Source: Mobula hypostoma (taxonomy: Eukaryota). From it: a stretch of DNA of 64,000 bases. The position numbers and the translations under genes are program-made. Below the pieces are notes generated by a model. The model was not told the DNA's origin and did no database searches. It was given only the letters and a program-made list of their open reading frames with translations. This document shows, in pieces, positions 25,111-36,220 of this stretch; position 1 is the stretch's first letter, and the number at the start of each line of letters is the position of its first letter. The stretch covers positions 47,368,001 to 47,432,000 of the forward strand of contig NC_086097.1 of assembly GCF_963921235.1 (NCBI RefSeq), given 5' to 3'.

Positions 25111-26316
25111 TATAACCCAAACATTGCTGCTACAGAGAAACCATTACCTCATCAGTTAACATTACAGAGAAACCATTACATTCTCTCCCCACTGAATTAA
25201 GTCATGCCCTCATGACGAGATAATTCGCCAACCCTTCCTGCAAAACACAAAGCCCAATCCAGGTGCAGAATGCAGTGACATAGCTCCCCAAAACAGTAGA
25301 GATCACGCCCTGTTCCCCAGGCGCTACATAGGCCAACTTATCCAGTGGTCTCCTAATTCTCTGAGACCTCCGTACCTGCTCACCTAACTCTTCAGACTCA
25401 GACGCTACCGGGGGTACTTCGGGTCTGCTTGCTGAGTCCTCCCCCGATCTATCACTCTTGCCCCCCTGCATCTCGGAGCCCTCTGTCCCGTGCCCAGGCC
25501 CCGCTTTCTCTCCTTCAGTGTCCTGCTGTAACCACGCTGCCCATAGCTAGCCCACTTCACTTCACCTGACTCAGTGGGAGAAGGGCCAGGGGTCTCTTCC
25601 TTAATCAATGGGGAGTTAGTGAAGGGCAGCATGTATCACACATCCAGATCATCATCCTTGGAATCAGTATCCCTGTCATGGGCGGGGCCCAGCCCAGCGT
25701 CTGCCTCTGTGGGCCCTGCAGTCGCCCCGTGTTTTCGCAGAGTCCTCTTACTAGGTGTAGGCTCCAAGTCGGACTCTTGGTCTACCTGCACCTCTTGTCC
25801 CAGGGGCAACAGGTAGTTCCGATGGAGAATCTTGACAGGCCCCTTCTCCTCCTCTGGTCTCGCCCGGAAAACCAGTAGGTTTGGCATCTGACTCTTTACC
25901 ACATAGGGTGTGGCCACTCAGCGGTCAGCCAACTTGTGCTTTCCTGGTCGTCCCAAATTCCTTATGAGGATTTGGTCTCCCAGCAGGAGTTGGGAGAACC
26001 TCACTTTCTGATCATACCTCCTCTTATTCCCTTGATTCTGCTTGGCGGCCGCAACCCCAGCCAATTCATGAGCCCTTTTCAGCTCTCTCCTCATATCAGA
26101 CACGTACTTCAGATAAAGCTTCAGTGGTAAGTCACCCGCGTTAGTCCCAAAACAAAGGTCAATGGGCAACCTTGCCTCACGCCCAAACATCGGATAATAT
26201 GGCGAGTACCCAGTAACTTCATTTCATGTACACTTGTAACAGTGAAACACATGCCCAATATGTTGATTCCACCTGCTCTTCTTGCTGATCTCCATGGTCC
26301 CGAGCATGTCTAGCAA

Positions 26317-26659
26317 CTACTACTACTACGTCGACTCAGGCCTAGGGGGCCGGCGTCGGGCACGATGACGGACTCTCCACTTCTCCCTCTCCCTCATCAG
26401 TGTGTTCAGTTCATCTACATTAGCTGCGCCGCTGTCTTCTAGGAGTGTGTTGACCATAGTCTTGTGAGGGCGCCCATGGTTCATCCTCCCGTGCTTGGGC
26501 TCCCGTTTGATGACTAGGTAGGCAGGCAGGTAGCCCGGGGTGGCATAGATAGTGCCCCGCTAGTTGCAGTCTTCTCACCTCGATTTTAGTGGTGAGCTTC
26601 TGTAGCCTGTTATAGAGCTCGATGTTCGTCATGTGCTGTTGCCAACTCACGTCAAGAGC
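26317..26659 (-). mobile_element. 5'-truncated RTE-clade LINE with (TAG)n tail and 12-bp TSD, inserted in the integrase of element B
   Basis: TSD catgtctagcaa at 26305-26316 and 26660-26671. Encodes VSWQQHMTNIELY...RRLQLAGH, typical of the RTE C-terminus. Confidence 0.85.
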
Positions 26660-27619
26660 CATGTCTAGCAAGGTCTGATGAAACCTTTCAGGCTGGGGAT
26701 CTCCCTGTGAGTGATAGGGCGTGGTCCTCGATTTCTCAACTCCCAGCATGCCCAGTAACTCATAGATGAGTCTGCTCTCGAAGTCCCGTCCCTGGTCACT
26801 ATGTATCCACCTGGGAAGGCCATAATGAATGGAATACTTCTCCCATAATACTTTTGCCACCATAGACGCCCTCTGGTCCCTGGTAGGAAAAGCCTGAGTA
26901 TATCTGGTGTAGTGGTCTATGATGACTAAGACATTCGCCGTGTTGCTGGCATTGGGTTCTATGGACAGGAAATCCATACACACCAGGTCCAGGGGCAAAT
27001 GGGACAAAGGAGCTGCCTGTGTAGGCAGTGTCTTCCGGCGTATGCAGCGAATGCACAACTTGCAGTATTCTTCAACCTCAGACTTCATTCGGGGCCAGTA
27101 AAACTGATCATTGAGCAAACCATAGGTCTTTTCCACCCCCAAATGTCCAGAAACATCATGAAGTAACTTCGACGCAATCCTCCGATACTTCTCGGGCAGA
27201 ACCAGCTGGCAACGCTGAGGTCGGTCCGGGGGTGACGTGACCCGGTATAAGATCTGGTTCTTCAACTCCAACTGAGGTCATTCTTTCAGTAATGGAGGCA
27301 CCAAAGCGTGTTTCATCTTCTCCACCTGAACCATGTCTCCCTTTTCAGCCGCAGACCAAATGGTGCCAATGCCCGGGTCACTAGATCAAGTAGCACCTGT
27401 GAAGCAGAAAATTATTACGTTTACGACCTTACATTAGAATGGGCCTCCCATTTCTAATTATTACAGAAAAAGCCAGTTATAGGACACAGTTAGATTCCAT
27501 ATTCAATCCTGAAGGCTGCAAAATGGCTGGACAAAAGATGAAATGTCGTTCCTTAGGCTCACATGGGATTCTTAGGAACAATTTAGGAAGCTGAAGACAT
27601 GGAGGTCAGAGTGGGAATG

Positions 27620-27880
27620 GGAATAAGGCCATAAAACAGAGGAGCAGAATTAGGCCATTTGGCCCATCAAGTCTGCTCTGCCATTTGATCATGACAGAGT
27701 CATTGTCTCTCTCAATCTTGTTCTCCTGACTACCCCTACCCCCACCCCCGTAACCTTTGATGCACTTACTAATCAAGAATCTATAAACCTTGTCTTTCAA
27801 TATACCCCATCTATGGCAATGAATTCTACAGATTCATCACTCTTTGGCTAAAGAAATTCCTCCTCAACTCTGTTCTAACT
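27620..27880 (-). mobile_element. CR1-like LINE 3' fragment
   Basis: RTELRRNFFSQRVMNL relic and ggagcagaattaggccatttggcccatc 3' UTR. Confidence 0.75.
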
Positions 27881-29050
27881 GGGATGAAGAAGTGACAGGA
27901 GACCAACTGGAACTGCAGGGTCATCCTTGCAGAGTGACCAGAAGAAGAAGATATATAGCTCCAATGTAGATAAAACCACATTGTGATCACCAAATGCAAT
28001 ACACTTGATTGGAAGTAAAGAGTGATAATGCGAAGTAACAATGTTTAGAAGGCAGGTTTTCTTCAGCTGCATAGGAAATTGCTAAGAGAAGGAGCGTGTT
28101 TATTGGGGATCGAATAGTAGATCAGGAAATTGTGAAAATAACTTTAAGGTTTTCACTTGAATGGGGCAAACTCCCAATGAAATAAACTTTACTTTGGCTA
28201 GGATCATGTTACCTTTGTCATAATTTAATGTTTCAGAAGAAGCTGTTCCTTAAGAGTCTTTAGGCTCTTGTACCTCTTTCCTGATGGTAGCAATAAGAAG
28301 AGGGCATGTCCTGGATGGTGAAGGTCATTAATGATGGATGTGACCTCCCTGAGGCATCACCTGTTGAAGACGTTCTTGATAATGGGGAAGCCAGTGCCCA
28401 AGATGAAGGTGGCAAGAGGAGAGTCTACAACTCTGCACCTCTTTCCCATACTGTACATTGGTGCCTCATACCAGATGGTGATGCAGCCAGCTAGAATGCT
28501 CTCCACAGTCCACTGTAGAAATTTGCTAGTCTCCTCGGATTCCTAATGAAATATAGCATGCCGCCTTCGTAACTGCTTCAATATATTGGGGCCAGGATGG
28601 ATATTCAGAGCTGTTGCCACCCAGGAACTTGAAGTTTCAGTGACACCACTGATTTATATTTTTCATTACAAACCCAATATACTGCAGCAGCAAACTGTTT
28701 TGGCCTTTCTTCCCTGCATCACACCTGCTGAATACCATGCATGGTAACATACAACCTCCATTGCCATCATCACTGAACCAAAACACGTGACGTCTTGGAA
28801 TAAAATCTGCCTATTCAAGTGTTTTGTTGCAACTGATAGAAAACTGTTTAATATCTAAAAACTTTTATGATAGTATATGAAATAAATATACATGAATACT
28901 CAATTAGTGCTCAGTGCTAATCATTTAGAGTAGGTGAACTCCCCTTGCATGTAACATTAGAGTGTTACAGTTGAATTCAAAAGTAGATGAAATTATTAGA
29001 GAATAATTTTGAAAATGTGTCCGATCTTAATGTAAAATATTTGTTTTAAG

Positions 29051-29114
29051 GAAAAAGAAGAGTTTATACACTCATGCTTACGAGCAAAGGGATTGGGATT
29101 AAGAGATGAAGAAG
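29051..29114 (+). CDS. COA8: COA8 exon 3 (64 nt)
   Basis: ttttAAG acceptor; EKEEFIHSCLRAKGLGLRDEE-G; donor G|GTGAGT, phase 1. Confidence 0.94.
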
Positions 29115-29231
29115 GTGAGTAAATTATTTCTTTTGAATTTTGATTTCAAATGTTAAAGATCAAATTGTAAAAGACATTTTATGGTTCAACAAAATTGTGT
29201 AGAAATTCTGTTTTGGAAATTTATGGGCATA

Positions 29232-30766
29232 CAGTGCCTTGAAAAAGTATTCAGCCCTGACTTTTTGCATATTACTGTCTCATTTCTCAATTTAAATATA
29301 TATTGATTTTAAGCTAAACTACAAAACCTTGTGCATCATGTCAAATCAAAAGAAAAATTCCAAAACTTGTCAATAATTTACTAAAAATTAAAAACCAAAA
29401 TGATGAGGATGAAAAAGTATTCATCCCCTTTGTAATTACTATGCTAACTTTCCTCAGGTGCAATATATTACATTACCACCTCACCCAAATTGTTGATGTA
29501 GAAAATTGGAGGATCACCTTTTTTCAATGAACTCAGTAGAATAAATACCTGCTCTCTCTGTAAGGTAGATTTTCAACAGACAAAACCAAAATGAAGACAA
29601 AAGAGCATGCAAGACAAGTTTGTGAAATGATTATAGAGAAGCACAAACCTGGGGAAGTGTACAAAACCATTTTAAAAACACTGAATATACTGCAGAGCTC
29701 AGTGCAGTCCATTATGAAAAAGTGGAGGAAAAATGGTCAGAACACCCCTCTAAACTTAGTCACCGGAGAAGAATGGCACTTGTAAGAGAAGTAACTGTGA
29801 CTCCAGTAATCACTCTGAGTGAGCTGCAGCAGTCATTGGCTGACCTGGAGATGAAATTCATGGCTCCACAGAAAGGGTATATGGAAGAGTGGCAAGGAAG
29901 AAGCCCTGGCTTAAAAAAAACATATTATTGCTCATAAAAACTGCAAAGCATCACTTAAAAGATACTGTGAAAATGTGGAAGAAAGACTTGTGGTCAGATA
30001 AGACTAAAGTGGAAATTCTTGGCCTCAACATAAGCAGTATGTGTGGTGTAAATTTAATACTGTGCATCAGCCAAGTAACACCATCCCTGCTGTAAAGTAT
30101 GGTGAATGTAGCGTCCTGCTATGGGGTTGCTTTTCAGCTGCAGGAACTGCAAATCTGATCAGGATTGATCGGAAGTTGAATGCTGCTAAATACAGATAGG
30201 TCCTGGATAAAAACCTGCTAGTCTCTGCCAAAAAGCTTAAAGTGGGGAGGAAGTTCTTGTTTCAGCTGGACAACGATCTGAAGCACACTGCCAGAGCAAC
30301 CGTGAATGAAGAAAATTGATGTTCATGATTGGCCTAGTCAGAGTACTGACCTTAATCTAACTGAACATCTCTGGCAAGACCTCAAGATTGCTGTCATCAC
30401 TGCTCTCCAATTAACCTGGCACAGCTTGAGCAATTCTGCAAAGAGAAATGGGCAAATCTTGCTCCATCACGTTTTGTGAAGCTAATAGAGACTTATCCAA
30501 AAAGACTACTCTCTGTAATAGCTGAGAGAGGCAGTTCAACTAAGAATTGAGCAAATACTTCTGAACTGGTGATATATCAGGTTTTGAATTTTTAGGTTTT
30601 CATGCTTTACAGTTTTCCCTGTCTTTTTGAGCTCTACTGTGGGGGTGGGGTGGGGAAAGAAGCATGTAATTCACAAATAAAAATTCTCAGTTAAATTGAT
30701 CAATATCTCTGGTTGTAATACTCATGTGAACAAAGTTTGGAAGCTGAATTCTTTTACAAGGCACTG
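29232..30766 (+). mobile_element. Tc1-family DNA transposon, transposase pseudogene
   Basis: TA|cagtgccttgaaaaagtattcagc ... gctgaattcttttacaaggcactg|TA. Relics [24 protein letters not shown]. Confidence 0.92.
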
Positions 30767-30936
30767 TATCTTAGAAGTTCGCTCACTTGGATAGTTTGTA
30801 TCTATTGGTTTGAAGGTTGGGAATCACCTGATGACATGTGCTCCTGGCTGAAGGCTACGGTTACCTTATAAGATAACTAGAGAACGCACCCTAACAGGTG
30901 TATGTAACAAATAATTTCTGGTTTGTACCAGTGGCT

Positions 30937-31079
30937 TCCAGGAAAGACTGGATGGTAGCCGAGCCGAGGAAGGTCGGTGACACTGTAGAGACAGCTGACC
31001 TCCAGGAAAGACTGGATGGTAGCCGAGCCGAGGAAGGTCGGTGACACTGTAGAGACAGCTGACCTCCAGGAAAGACTGG
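30937..31079 (+). repeat. 64-bp tandem repeat (about 2.2 identical units) in the HERO 5' UTR
   Basis: tccaggaaagactgg... units start at 30937, 31001 and 31065. Confidence 0.92.
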
Positions 31080-34000
31080 CACGGGCTCACAACGCTAGCA
31101 ACCTTGTGGGCAGCACTCGCAAAAGGGCACCACTCAAGCTACGACTGAACACGAAGAGCAGTACCCCCAGAGTCTCCCTAGAGGGGGGGAGGATGAGAGA
31201 CTCAACAGGATGGTGGTACCAGCAACGGCCAGGACAGGAAACACGAGGAAGCTAAAGCGAACAACACTGACCGGAGAGGAATTCACGGTAACGTGTCATT
31301 GCGGGCAAGTCTGCAAAAACATCAGAGGGCTCGAGATACACCAGAGCAAGTCTAGATGTGGATCAATGGTGACCCAAGTGCAGCGCACGGACTTAGTGTC
31401 CGGTGAGACGAAGGAGAATTCCAGCCAGGAAGCACCCCACAGAGCTGAAGATCTCTCCGCACTTGAGTCGCCTCAGCACCGAACAACAGACCTAACGAGT
31501 TCCTCTTCGGTTACCCCAATCCATTCATCAAGGAAAGACAGGATCAAATGGCCTAGATTGTCAGACAACGTCGCCTGGATGCAGTTCGATGATGATCTAG
31601 ATGGCATCCTGGAAGTTGCCTTAGCAGGTCCAGTACACAGAAAGATCGACTCACTCACAGCCATAGCGTACAATCTAGCTAAGGAACGATTTGGCCCAAT
31701 GGAGCGGAGAAGCTAGCTGGAGTTACTGCGGCAACCAAATAGGAGGGAAATGGAGATTTGTCGCTTGAGAGGCGAATTAAAGGCGCTCAACAAGAGGTTT
31801 AAAACCAGCCCACTGGCTGAAAAAGAAGGTATCAAGGACTTAACCAGTATGCTGCGGGAAAAGCTGTGCAAACTCCGGAGGGCGGAACATCTGTGACAGC
31901 AAAGAAGGAAGAAAGAGAAAGGGCGAGTGCAGTTTGTGAGAGATCCATTCAGCTTCAACAGGACTCTTCTCGGCCAACAAAAATCTGGTATACTATCCAG
32001 CTCAAAGCCAGAGGTAGAGGAGTTCCTGCGGGAGGCACACAGTGACCCACGGAGGGGTCAGGGACTAGGAACCAGTTGGGCTGTGCGTAGACCAAAAAAT
32101 CCATCAATTGAGCTGAATGTGAAGGAGCCTACATGGCAGGAAATCCAGGACATCATCCGGAAAGCTAAAGCATCAGCTGCCCCAGGCCCAAGCAGCATAC
32201 CTTATAAGGTGTATAAGAAATGCCCGATACTTCTTTGGAGGCTGTGGAAGGTCATGAGAAAGATCTGGGCCAAAGGTACTATTCCATCAAGTTGGAAATT
32301 GGCAGAGGGTTGCTTTATTCCAAAGGAAGAGGTTTCTTCCACAATTGCCCAGTTTCAGACAATTTCTCTCCTGGATGTGGAATGTAAGATTTTCTTTTCT
32401 GTGCTCGCAAGAAGGCTGACTTCTTACGTGATGCAGAACTGCTATATCAACACATCCGTCCAGAAAGGCAGTATTCCAGGCTTTTCGGGGTGTCTGGAAC
32501 ACACCTCAATGATTAGCCATTTGATCCGTGAGGCCAAGCAGAAAAATGGTGACCTAACAGTTGTCTGGTTAGACCTCGCGAACACCTACGGGTCTATTCC
32601 ACGTGACCTCATCCTAGAAGGACTTGATCACTACTACATCCCAGTGGCTATTTGAGACATGATCACCAGCTACCTAGGAGGATTCAAACTCAGATTTACA
32701 TCAGCCCATTTCACAACTAGTTGGCAGGACCTCCAGAAGGGGATTCCAACAGGGTGCACCATCTCCCCCATTCTATTTATTATGGGAATGAATTATCAGC
32801 AGCAGAAAATGTAACCCGCAGCCCCACGCTGGAGTTGGGTATTGTTCAGCCGGCTCTACGAGGGTTCATGGACGACATCACTATAACAACCGTGTCATAT
32901 GTCCAAGCAAGATGGGTATTGGAAACCCTGGACAATGTAGCCACTTGGGCGAGGATGTCCTTCAAGGCCAAGAAGTCCATGTGTATGGTGATCAGAAAGG
33001 GCAAAGTTACTAGCAAGTTTAGCCTCCAAGTTCAGGGTGAGGTCATCCCTTCCCTGAACATAACCTGATAAAATGCTTGGGGAAAAGTGGTTTAATATGT
33101 CACTGACAGATGGGGCCAATGTCACCAATGCTGTGAAGCAGGCAGACAAATGGTTGAAGAAGATCGACAAATCCGGACTTCCGGGTAAATTCAAGACCTG
33201 GCTGTACCAATACGGCATTCTGCCCAGGCTTCTCTGGCTCTTCACACTTTATGAGTTCCCCATGACTGTCGTAGAGGGCATCAAGAGGAGAACCAACAAA
33301 CATCTGCGGAGATGGTTGGGAGTTCCCTCAAGCTTCTCTTTAGTGGGCCTCTACATTTGTTCTGGGCAACTGCAGCTTCCCCTGTCATTTGTGTGGAGGA
33401 ATTCAAGGTGGCAAAATGCGGAGCCTTATTAAGCTTGAGAGATTCCAATGATGTCTTGGTAAAGCAAACAGGCGTTACAACCAGATCTGGGCGCAAGTGG
33501 GCAGCCAACGCAGCTGTGGAGGAGGCAGTGTGTTCTCTGAAGCTGCGACATATCATTGGCAACCCCTGCGTCGGGTGGCAAGGCCTCAGCTCAGTTCACT
33601 TCCAGAAGTGGGGAAACGTAAGCATAAGGAACAGGCGAGACATGATACAGGCAGAAGTACAGATCCGTGAGGAAGAGAAGCGGATTTCAAAGGCAGTGGA
33701 ACAGGGGTCCCAGGGTGCCTGGATAAAATAGGATCTGCCTAAGCGCAAGATCTCATGGGCAGAGTTATGAAGACGGGAGCCCTTCCATATTTCCTTCCTC
33801 TTGCGATCCGTGTATGACACCCTTCCTTCACCATTACATCTGTACACATGGGGGATGAGGGAGGACCCGAACTGTAAGCTCTGTGGTCAGAAGGGGACAC
33901 TGGCTCATATACTGTCTGGGTGTAAAACAGCTCTAACTCAAGGACGGTATAGCTGGCACCATGATAAGATGCTTCTGGCTCTTGCTAACACACTAGAGCG

Positions 34001-34572
34001 GGAGAGATGCAAGAAGAGGACAGCTGGCACAGATTTGAGGAAGGCCATCACCTTCATCAAAGAGGGAGCCAGGCCTTCCGTAACCAAACAACCAAAGCCC
34101 AAACTGTTGCTAACGGCCAGGTCCTGGAAGATGAGGGTCGATGTGGGAAGGAGATTGCAGTTCCCAGATGTGGTGCACACAACCCTATGCCCGGACATTG
34201 TACTGTGGTCAACCGAAGACAAGAAAATAATTCTGGTTGGGCTGACTGTGCTGTGGGAGGAGGGATGGGAAGAGGCCCATGAGAGAAAGGCCTTGAAGTA
34301 CCAGCCCTTGGTGCAGGAGTGTAAAGACAAGGGATGGCAGGCATGGTTGTTCCCTGTGGAGATTGGCTGCAGAGGTTTCCCAGCCAAATCAGCATGGTGG
34401 TTGTTGTCAGATCTGGGCCTGGACAAAAGGAGCGAAAAACAAGCAGCTTGTAGGATGGGGGAAGAGGCAGAACGAGCCTCTTGTTGGATTTAGAGTAGGC
34501 GAGAGGAGGGAAGCTGGAAGCCAGGAGCAGATGGGCAGTGATTTGGCCACCACTGCTGGCCAACCAACTGGA

Positions 34573-34632
34573 GAGTGTCATGGTTAAGGGTCGAGACACT
34601 CGGTGAAGGTTGGGAACCACCTGATGACATCT
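34573..34632 (+). ncRNA. Candidate rearranged hammerhead ribozyme in the HERO 3' UTR (degenerate in this copy)
   Basis: GAGUG-UC^AUGGUU ... GAGA-CACUC ... AACCAC-CUGAUGA. Stems I and III pair, but GAAA reads GAGA and the 1.1 and 10.1 pairs are mismatched. Confidence 0.45.
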
Positions 34633-35126
34633 GCTCCTGGCTGAAGGCTACGGTTACCTTATAAGGTAACTGGAGAATGCACCCGAACAGGTGTATATAA
34701 CAAGAGAGATTTATTCCTTAAATGTATCTTTTGTTGCCATATCATGTTTTAAAAATTGTGTTAGGTTTATTTTAATTTTTGTGGAAATTCCACTGTGAAG
34801 GATGGGAAGTATGGAACACTGTGACATCTTTGAAGGTAATGTACAATATAAAAGACAATGGTTCAGTTGAGCAACTAATAGAGGATGAACCACATTATCA
34901 TATCAAATTTGGAAACCTTTTTTTGGAAGTGTGCAGATTATTTAAATTCTTACATTCATGAGATAAACACTTGGACATTTACTGTAACTTGGGCTATACT
35001 TGTTATTAGATAATCTGATAGTTATATATTACATATATTAATATAGTACATTAATATATGCGGAGGATTAATTGCATTCTTTTTGTTAGTGTGCATTTTG
35101 ATAAGATAAACCTCAATTAATTTCGC

Positions 35127-36220
35127 AAGAAAATCTGCAGATGCTGGAAGACCAAAGCAACTCACACAAAATGCTGGAGGAACTCAGCAGGTCAGGCAGC
35201 ATTTATGGAGAGAAGTAAATAGTTGACGTTTCTGGCTGAAACCCTTCATCAGGACTGTTTTTTTAAAAAAAAAGATGAGAACTCAGAGTAAGAAGGTGGG
35301 GGAGGGGAGGGGAGGGAGAAGTACAGCGTAGTTGGTGATAGATAAAACTGGGAGAGGGGGAGGGATGAAATAAAGAGCTGCGAAATAGATTGGTGAAAGA
35401 GAGACAGGGCTGGAGGAAGGGGAATCTGATAAGAGAGGGTAGAAAGCCACGGAAGAAAGGGAAGGAGGAGGAGCACCAGAGGGAGGTAATGAGCAGATAA
35501 GGAAAAAAGTGAGAGGGGGAATCGGGAATGGGGAACTGTGAAGGTGGGGGAGGGCATTACCAGAAGTTTGAGAAGCCAATGTTCATAAAATCAGGTTGCA
35601 GTCTACCCAGACAGAATATAAGGTGTTGCTCTTCCAACCTGTGTGTGGCCTCAGCGCGGCAGTAGAGGAGGCCATGGACTGATATTTCGGAATAAGAATG
35701 GATAGTAGAACTGAAATGGGTGGCTACCGGGCAATCCCGCTTTTTCAAGTAGATTGCGCGTAGGTGCTCAGCGAAGCGGTCTCCTAGTCTATATTGGGCC
35801 TCACCTACATACTGGGGCCATGCCAAGAGTACCAGATATAGTAGCTAACCCCAACAAATTCACAGGTGAAGTGTTGCTTCACCTGGATGTATTGTTTGGA
35901 GCCCTAAATGACAGTGAGGGAGGAGGTGTAGGGGCAGGTGTGACACTTGTTCTGCTTGCAAGGATGAGTACCAGGAAGGAGATCAGTGGGGAGGGATGAA
36001 TGGACAAGGGAGTTACGTAGGGAGCGATCCCTGTGGAAAGCAGGGGGGAAGGAAGAATGTGCTTGGTGGTGGGATCCTGTTGGAGGTGGTGTGAGTTACA
36101 GAGAATTATGTGCTAGATGCAGAGGCTAATGAGGTGGTAGGCAAGAACAAGAGTAACCTTACCCCTGGCATTGCAGTGGGAGGATGAAGTGAGAGCAGAC
36201 GTGCGTGAAATGGAAGTGGT
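35127..36220 (-). mobile_element. Penelope-like element 3' portion (GIY-YIG endonuclease relic plus terminal repeat)
   Basis: YVGEAQYRLGDRFAEH...PVATHF...LEEQHLIFCLGRLQP..MN. Degenerate hammerhead core at about 35221-35257 (CUGAUGA...GAAACGUC on minus). Confidence 0.85.

Larger units (their letters stand above)
18191..27381 (-). mobile_element. Gypsy LTR retrotransposon B, 5'-truncated: integrase plus an interrupted 3' LTR (18191-25180)
   Basis: LTR termini TGTAA (18191) and TTACA (25180), polypurine tract at 25181-25190 (GGGGAGAGAA on minus). Integrase relics: HDVSGHLGVEKT, C-x2-C, IHSDQGRDFES, PERF. The LTR is split by element A and by the insert at 24470-25110. Confidence 0.8.
30811..34703 (+). 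mobile_element. Near full-length non-LTR retrotransposon with restriction-like endonuclease (HERO-type, R2 group), ORF disrupted
   Basis: N-terminal zinc finger CHCGQVCKNIRGLEIHQSKSRC; RT (VWLDLANTYGSIP, GFMDDI); CKLCGQKGTLAHILSGC knuckle; PDIVLWS...LTVLWEE...ERKALKY endonuclease. 100-bp direct repeats at both ends. Confidence 0.9.

Noticed and set aside
26420-27271. Apparent integrase-RTE fusion protein
   Set aside because: The RTE part is a TSD-flanked insertion that happens to be in frame.
30937-31079. CRISPR-like array
   Set aside because: Contiguous tandem units without unique spacers, in eukaryotic retrotransposon context.
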